This document shows, piece after piece, positions 7,741-13,873 of a stretch of 13,873 nucleotides of DNA. The stretch lies in the NCBI RefSeq assembly GCF_006345805.1, contig NW_021825891.1:1-13873 (forward strand), given 5' to 3'. The stretch's first letter is position 1. The number at the start of each line of letters is the position of its first letter. The position numbers and the translations under genes are program-made. The notes beneath the pieces are model-generated. The model had not been told where the DNA came from and ran no database searches. It saw only the letters and a list, made by a program, of their open reading frames with translations. The DNA is from Octopus sinensis (lineage: Eukaryota).

Positions 7741-8000
7741 TTTTTATTTTAAATTTCAAATAATTTATATTTCTTTTATTTTCGATTTCATTTTGATTTG
7801 TATTTTTATTTCAGTTCATTTTATTTTATTTCATTTTTGATTTCTCAAATCTGAAATCCCCTTTTTGCACTTTTGACCTCTCGTATTTCCCACTCCAACC
7901 TGAAAACAAACATATTATAATTAGACACTAATTAGATTTTAATTAGATTTTAAACGATACTTTCGTTTTTTTTTTCTACATGTATTTTTTCTGTTATATA

Positions 8001-8410
8001 CTCTTTTATGCTTTTACTTGTTTCAGTCATTTGACTGCGGCCATGCTGGAGCACCGCCTTTAGTCGAACAAATCGACCCCAGGACTTATTCTTTGTAAGC
8101 CTAAGTACTTATTCCATCGGTCTCTTTTGCCGAACCGCTAAGTTACGGGGTCGTAAACACACCAACATCGGTTGTCAAGCAATGGTTGGAGGGCAAACAG
8201 ATTCACAAATACATACATATATAAAAAGAAGAGAAAATTAAATGACTTCCCAACCACATGGTTCCGGGTTCAGTCCCACTGCATGGGGCCTTGGGTACTG
8301 TCTTCTGCTATAGCGTCGGGCCGACCAAAGCCTTGTGAGTGGATTTGGTTGAGGGAAACTGAAAGAAGCCCGTCGTATATATATACTATACTATACTAAA
8401 GAAGCCCGTC

Positions 8411-8444
<34 letters not shown>

Positions 8445-8583
8445 CATATATACGACGGGCTTCTTTCACTTTCCCTCTACCAAGTCCACTCACAAAGCTT
8501 TGGTCGGCCCGACGCTATAGCAGAAGACAGCTGTCTAAGGTGCCATGCAGTGGGACTGAACCCGGAACTATGTGGTTGAGAAG
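8001..8583 (-). mobile_element. SINE family A (tail 8001-8222, 5'-truncated head 8449-8583) interrupted by an inverted duplicate
   Basis: Tail and head match other family A copies. The intervening 8223-8445 holds an inverted copy of the head plus (TA)n. Confidence 0.85.
8223..8385 (+). repeat. Inverted duplicate of 8446-8610 (SINE A head plus ~20 nt flank)
   Basis: About 91% identical to the reverse complement of the right arm, including the non-SINE flank gagaaaattaaatgactt vs gagaaaatgaaattactt. Confidence 0.85.
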
Positions 8584-8648
8584 TAATTTCATTTTCTCTT
8601 TTTTCTTTTTCTGGATAGAAGAAGATTTGAACTCAGTATCTGCCATTT

Positions 8649-8650
<2 letters not shown>

Positions 8651-8681
<31 letters not shown>

Positions 8682-8835
8682 TAACAGCCACCACTACTAC
8701 GACTGCTACTACTACTACAGCCCCCACTACCACGGCTGCTACTACCACTACTACTACTACAGCCATCATTACCACGGATGCTATTACTACTACTACTACT
8801 ACTACTACTACTACAGCCACCACTAACACGGCTGT

Positions 8836-8883
<48 letters not shown>

Positions 8884-9210
8884 AGTACTGCTATCATTAC
8901 TACTAGACCACAACAACTACTATCAATGCTACTAGACTGCTGCTTCCACTACTATTACCAATACTCCAACACATTAGTCATAACTATACCACTGCAGCTA
9001 TCACTGTAGCTACAACACCACCATTGCATTGATTACTAACCACTACTACTACTATTGCTGCTACTACTACTACTACTACTACTACTAACTACTACTACTA
9101 CTACTACTAATACTATTACTATTGCTGCTGCTACTACTACTACTGCTACTACTACTGCTGCTGCTGCTGCTACTGCTACTGCTACTGCTACTGCTACTGC
9201 TGCTACTACA
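8651..9210. repeat. Degenerate (ACT/GCT/ACC)n array with a recurring acagcc...acggctgct motif
   Basis: The motif recurs four times between ~8684 and ~8835. Confidence 0.9.
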
Positions 9211-9269
9211 TCCCCAACTGCACCATTGTACCATTGCACCTCTGCAGCCAACACAACAATTACTTCTCT

Positions 9270-9447
9270 CCTACTGAAGAATCTATTTTCGTCACGTGTC
9301 ACAATGGATCGTTTTTTGTTTTTTTTTTGCCGCGCAAAACAAGAGAGATCAGACTTCGTTCGGAATGGTAATATTTTTAGGTGATGGTGGTGATTGTGGT
9401 GATGGTGGTGGTGGTGGTGATAGAGATTGTGATGGTGGTGTTGGTGG

Positions 9448-9478
<31 letters not shown>

Positions 9479-10317
9479 GCTGGTGCTGGTGCTGGTGCTG
9501 GTGCTGGTGGTGGTGGTGATAGTGGTGGTGCTGGTGATAGTGGTGGTGGTGGTGGTGGTGGTGGTGATAGTGGTGGTGGTGGTGGTGGTGATGGTGGTGG
9601 TGATGGTGGTGGTGGTGGTGGTGGTGGTGGTGGTAGGTGGTGCTGGCGATAGTGGTGGTGGTGGTGGTGATGGTGATTGTGATAGTGGTGGTGGTGGTGG
9701 TGGTGGTAGTGGTGGTGGTGGTGGTGCTGGTGGCTGGTGCTGGTGCTGGTGGTTGGTGGTGATAGTGGTGGTGCTGGTGATAGTGGTGGTGGTGGTGGTG
9801 GTGGTGTGGATAGTGGGGTGGTGGTGATAGTGGTGGTGGTGGTGGTGTGATGGTGGTGGTGGGTGGTGGTGGTGTGGTGGTGGTGGTGGTAGTGGTGGTG
9901 CTGGCGATAGTGGTGGTGGTGGTGGTGGTGATGGTGATTGTGATAGTGGTGGTGGTGGTGGTGGTGGTGGTGGTGGTGATGGTGCTAGTGGTGGTGGTGG
10001 TGGTGGTGATTGTGATGGTGGTGGTGGTGGTGGTGATAGTGATAGTGATAGTGGTGGTGGTGGTGGTGGTGGTAGTGGTGGTGGTGGTGGTGGTGGTGGT
10101 GGTGGTAGTGGTGGGGTGTTTCTGTCGTTTAGCTTGTGAAGTACTCATTTGTCGAACTCATTTTTTTTGTTTTGTTTTGTTTTGTACTTTTCGTTGTCAT
10201 GTAAATGTCGAACAAACTGTTAAATAGTCAACGTTTCGCTCTTCTCCAGCCTCTCGAGTTTATTTTTAAGTGGATCCACTCCAATAATAACTCACCCCCC
10301 CCCACACACACACACAT

Positions 10318-10364
<47 letters not shown>

Positions 10365-10514
10365 GTGATTGGTCGTTACCAAACGTAGAAGGTCGTGTAC
10401 GGCAGTTCTCTCGTCTTCAAGTCTCTTGTCTCCATGCAAAAGTTCTGGGCACCAAAGTTGAGCCGTGAATTCATTGACGGTTCCCCGACCAAATGCTCGG
10501 TTAATATTGGCTCT
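9270..10514 (-). pseudogene. Decayed Tc1/mariner (Hsmar1-like) transposase, N-terminal half, split by microsatellites
   Basis: Minus-strand blocks in the expected order, with frameshifts: ANINRAFGRGTVNEFTAQLW..GDKRLEDE/RPSTFGNDQ (10362-10514); IIGVDPL/TREAGEERNVDYLTV/VRHLH (~10185-10296); FDK*VLHKL, the WVPHEL linker (10130-10156); SLVLR and IVTRDENRFF, the first catalytic-Asp motif (9288-9305). Compared from memory with Hsmar1/SETMAR. Confidence 0.85.
9381..10115. repeat. Degenerate (GGT)n array with internal block duplications
   Basis: Block gctggcgatagtggtgg...gatggtgattgtgatagtgg occurs at ~9642 and ~9900. Block gatagtggtggtgctggtgatagtgg occurs at ~9518 and ~9760. Confidence 0.95.
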
Positions 10515-10738
10515 CTTTTACTCTTTTACTCTTTTAATTGTTTCAGTCATTTGACTGCGGCCATGCTGGAGCACCGCCTTTCAGTCGAGCAACTCGACCC
10601 CGGGACTTATTCTTTTGTAAGCCCAGTACTTATTCTATCGGTCTCTTTTGCCGAACCGCTAAGTGACGGGGACGTAAACAAACCAGCATCGTTTTGTCAA
10701 GCAATGCTAGGGACAAACACAGACACATAAAACACACC

Positions 10739-10781
<43 letters not shown>

Positions 10782-10794
10782 ATTATAATATATA

Positions 10795-10832
<38 letters not shown>

Positions 10833-11004
10833 TATATACATATATACGACAGGCTTCTTTCAGTTTCTGTCTACCAATCCACTCACAAGGCATTGGTCGG
10901 CCCGGGGCTATAGCAGAAGACACTTCCCCAAGGTGCCACGCAGTGGGACTGAACCCGGAACCATGTGGTTGGTTAGCAAGCCACTTACCACACAGCCACT
11001 CCTG
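10513..11004 (-). mobile_element. SINE family A, full length
   Basis: Sense start caggagtggctgtgtggtaag (A-box), B-box-like GGGTTCAGTCCC, internal (TA)n ~10741-10846, tail of (gagtaaaa) repeats. Confidence 0.93.
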
Positions 11005-11035
11005 ACAAATTTTGTCACAAAACCACCAATTTCGA

Positions 11036-11223
11036 GTGGGGTGGGGTGGGGTGGGTGGAAAGACGACTACATTGACTCCAGTGCGTAGCTGGTACTTATT
11101 TTATCGACCCCGAAATGATGAAAGACAAAGTCGACCTCGGCGGAATTTGAACTCAGAACGTAGTGATGGGCGAAATATCGTTTAGCATTTCGTCCGACGT
11201 GCCACCGATTCCGCCAGCTCGCT
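11036..11223 (-). mobile_element. SINE family B, diverged copy
   Basis: ccagtgcgtagctggtacttattttatcgaccccg...gaatttgaactcagaacgt...ccgccagctcgc. Confidence 0.85.
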
Positions 11224-11229
11224 AATAAT

Positions 11230-11930
11230 CCTTTCTACTATAGACACAAGGCCTGAAACTTTGGGGAAGGGGGCTGGTCGATTACATCAACCCCAGTGAT
11301 GAACTGGTACTTATTTTATCAACCCCAAAAGGGTGAAGGGCAAAGTCGACCTCGGTGGCATTTGAACCCAGAACGTAAAGTCGTATTCTGCTAGATCAGC
11401 GACTTATATGCTTGGTTAACACTGATTTCAAATTTTCGCACAAGGCCAGTAATTTCAGGGGATGGGGAAAGCCGATTACATGGCTCAAATGGTACTTATT
11501 TTATCGACCCCAAAAGAGTGAAGGGCAAAGTCGACCTCGGTGGCATTTGAACTCAGAACGTAAAGTCGTATTCTGCTAGATCAGCGACTTATATGCTTGG
11601 TTAACACTGATTTCAAATTTTCGCACAAGGCCAGTAATTTCAGGGGATGGGGAAAGCCGATTACATGGCTCAAATGGTACTTATTTTATCGACCCCAAGA
11701 GTGGATGGGCAAAGTCGACCTCGGTGGCATTGAACTCAGAACGTAAGTCGTATTCTGCTAGATCAGCGACTTTATGCTTGGTTACACACTGATTTCAAAT
11801 TTTCGCACAAGGCCAGTAATTTCAGGGGATGGGGAAAGCCGATTACATGGCTCAAATGGTACTTATTTTATCGACCCTGAAATGGTGAAAGACAAAGTCG
11901 ATTTCAAAAGAATTTGAACTCAGAACGTGG
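11230..11930 (-). mobile_element. Two adjacent 5'-truncated family B SINEs (alternative tail type), amplified in tandem
   Basis: The first copy, 11230-11380, starts with the tail cctttctactatagacacaagg. The last partial copy ends at gaactcagaacgtgg (11930). Confidence 0.8.
11305..11877. repeat. Tandem repeat, 3 units of 185/185/182 bp plus a 21-nt partial
   Basis: tggtacttattttatc recurs at 11305, 11490, 11675 and 11857. Confidence 0.95.
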
Positions 11931-12110
11931 TACTTGGTTTATACTGCAAGCAATTTTTCCGCTGTTTTTCGTCCAGGTTTGTAATTTATTCATTTTTAAT
12001 TCATGAAAAAACTGCAATAAGTAAGCATGTGTGGTGAAAACAAAATTATTAACACATGTGAAGGGCTGGAGTTTAAGCTTAAAGGTGGTATTTTTACAGG
12101 AACATAATTA

Positions 12111-12350
12111 TCTTTTATCATCTTTCATATTTCACTTTTTCAGTTATTGGACTGTGCCATGCTGTGGCACCGCCTTTAAGGGGTTTTAGTCGAACAAATT
12201 GACCCTCGTACTTGTGTTTTGTTTGTATTTTTTAAAGTCTAGTCTTTACTCTATCGGTCACTTTTCCAAACAGGTATCTTATGAGGACGTAAACAAACCA
12301 ACATCAATTGTTAAGTGGTATGGAATAACAAACACACACACACACACAAA
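12111..12350 (-). mobile_element. SINE family A 3' half, diverged
   Basis: ttcagttattggactgtgccatgctgtggcaccgcc...tctatcggtcacttt...gacgtaaacaaaccaacatc. Confidence 0.8.
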
Positions 12351-12378
12351 AAGCGTTTATACACATTTGTATATATAT

Positions 12379-12592
12379 CCTTTCTACTCTAGGCACAAGG
12401 CCCGAAATTTTGGGAGAGGGGGCCACTCGATTAGATCGACCCCAGTACGCAACTGGTACTTAATTTATCGACTTCGAAAAGGTGAAAGGTAAAGTCAACC
12501 TCGGCGGAATTTGAACTCAGAACGTAAAGACAGACGAAATACCGCTAAGCATTTCGCCCGGCATGCTAACGATTCTGCCAGTTCGCTACCTT
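12379..12592 (-). mobile_element. SINE family B, full length (alternative tail)
   Basis: Tail cctttctactctaggcacaagg, B-box rc gaatttgaactc, head ...tctgccagttcgctacctt. Confidence 0.9.
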
Positions 12593-12607
12593 ACACTTAT
12601 ATATATA

Positions 12608-13167
12608 TTGGGTTGTCCGGAAAGTTCATGCCTATTTTTAAAGGAAAGAAAAAGGTCAATAAGTACTTGCCATTACATTTTTAATCAACCAAATATGAAC
12701 CATTTTGTTGCACAATGCGTCTCTTTCCTTTATCTTTAAAATACCCTCTTCCCAGAATTGGGGTGGTTTCATGGCAAAGAATTCATCGAGGTATCTTTTT
12801 ATGTCATCCAAGAAATTGAGTTTTTACCATTAAGTCTATTCTGCAGAGACCTGAATAAGTGGAAATCGAAAGGAGCACTATCTGGTAAATATGGAGGGTG
12901 GGGCAACACATCCCAGCCGAGCTGCAGCAATTTTTGTCTGCTTCCCAAAGCATCAAGTGCCGAAAATGAACTTTCTTATCTGCCATTTTAAAGGGTTACA
13001 GAATTAACACAGGTTATAGGAACATAAACCTTCTTCCACGAAATGATAGCTTAAACTGTGCTCTAAATGGAGGTGTAGTCGAATCCTATTTTATGGACTC
13101 AACCATGTTCTAAAATAAGTCGAAAGGTAAGCTACTATAAATGGCAAGAACTTTCCGGACAACCCAA
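12608..13167 (-). mobile_element. Internally deleted Tc1/mariner element (560 bp) with TIRs and TA target-site duplication
   Basis: TIR ttgggttgtccggaaagttcatgcc 12608-12632 vs 13143-13167 matches at 24/25. TA at 12606-7 and 13168-9. Confidence 0.96.
12681..12986 (-). pseudogene. Mariner transposase remnant (N-terminus fused to C-terminus)
   Basis: MADKKVHFRHLMLWE joins at ~12941 to RQKLLQLGWDVLPHPPYLPDSAPFDFHLFRSLQNRLNGK (YSPDL motif region). Frameshifted DDIKRYLDEFFAMKPPQFWEEGI and IVQQNGSYLVD* follow. Confidence 0.93.
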
Positions 13168-13584
13168 TACATGTACAACACGTAATTGAGGAAAAGAGAA
13201 GTCAAGTGAATGCTATGAGCGTTTTGGCGATCAAACGCTGTTTATTTCATTACAAACACATTTATGCAATTTTGTGCAACAAACTTAGAGTTCATTAAGT
13301 TCTTCAGATACTCTAATTTAATTCACAATCAACTTACGAAATGAACTTGCTAATGCGAGACGAAATTCCACCGCTTTATGGGTGTGTCCATCCGCTCATT
13401 GTAAGTGTGTGTGTGTATGTGTATGTGTATGTGTGTGTGTGCGCGTGCGTGAGTGTGTATAATCTTTGGAATAATGGTTCTCAAAGCACATCGCAGATAA
13501 CTGTAAACAAACCTGCGATAACCAAACCATTATTCCAAAAAAAAAAAGAAAATATATATTTCACGTTCACTGGAAAGTTTATAA

Positions 13585-13845
13585 AATACCTATTTCTTTA
13601 TTGCTCACAAGGGGCCAAACAAGGACAGACATAGGTATTAAGTCGATTACATTCTACCCCAGTGCGTAACTGGTACTTAATTTATCGACCCCGAAAGGAT
13701 GAAAGGCAAAGTCGACCTCGGCGGAATTTGAACTCAGAACGTAATGGCAGACGAAATACCGCTAAGCATTTCGCCCGGCGTGCTAACGTTTCTGCCAGCT
13801 CGCCGCCTTCTGCCAGCTCGCCGCCTTCTGCCAGCTCGCCGCCTT
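13585..13845 (-). mobile_element. SINE family B, full length, young, with TSD and triplicated 5' end
   Basis: Direct repeat tttataaaatacct at 13578-13591 and 13844-13857. The 18-nt unit ttctgccagctcgccgcc occurs three times at 13790-13843. Confidence 0.95.
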
Positions 13846-13873
13846 TATAAAATACCTTTGACATCAACATTAC

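Noticed and set aside
7194-7763. Lys/Glu-rich and Phe/Ser-rich ORFs
   Set aside because: Translations of the (CTT)n tract.
8610-8650. Continuation of the mariner relic beyond the ACT array
   Set aside because: Only a vague QKK resemblance; no diagnostic motif.
9036-10227. 370-aa Thr/His-rich ORF and Gly- or Val-rich ORFs
   Set aside because: Open in several frames on both strands because of the (GGT)n repeat. The only protein-like parts are the mariner relic.
11305-11877. CRISPR-like array
   Set aside because: Whole units are duplicated with no unique spacers, the sequence is SINE-derived, and the context is eukaryotic with no cas genes.
13218-13248. Terminator-like hairpin agcgttt/aaacgct followed by a T-rich run
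   Set aside because: Rho-independent terminators are not meaningful in this eukaryotic context, and a 7-bp stem is expected by chance.

Overview
Repeat-saturated animal intronic or intergenic DNA. The SINE and microsatellite repertoire matches what I recall for Octopus; this is inference and needs a BLAST check. No intact protein-coding gene is supported. Most ORFs in the track are translations of microsatellites or SINEs. Contents: about 16 copies or fragments of five tRNA-type SINE families (labelled A-E here, my own labels); three copies of a ~200-bp element carrying a minimal hammerhead-ribozyme core of the Penelope-associated type, two of them forming a ~97% identical inverted repeat; an internally deleted Tc1/mariner with intact TIRs and TA target duplication (12608-13167); an older mariner transposase relic split by microsatellites (9270-10514); a 185-bp tandem repeat built from two SINEs; and long simple-repeat arrays. 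The most interesting signals are (1) the hammerhead elements, (2) a non-SINE fold-back at 1268-1415 overlapping a candidate exon (pre-miRNA-like or ADAR editing-complementary structure), and (3) two local inverted duplications anchored at (TA)n tracts that would yield long dsRNA.
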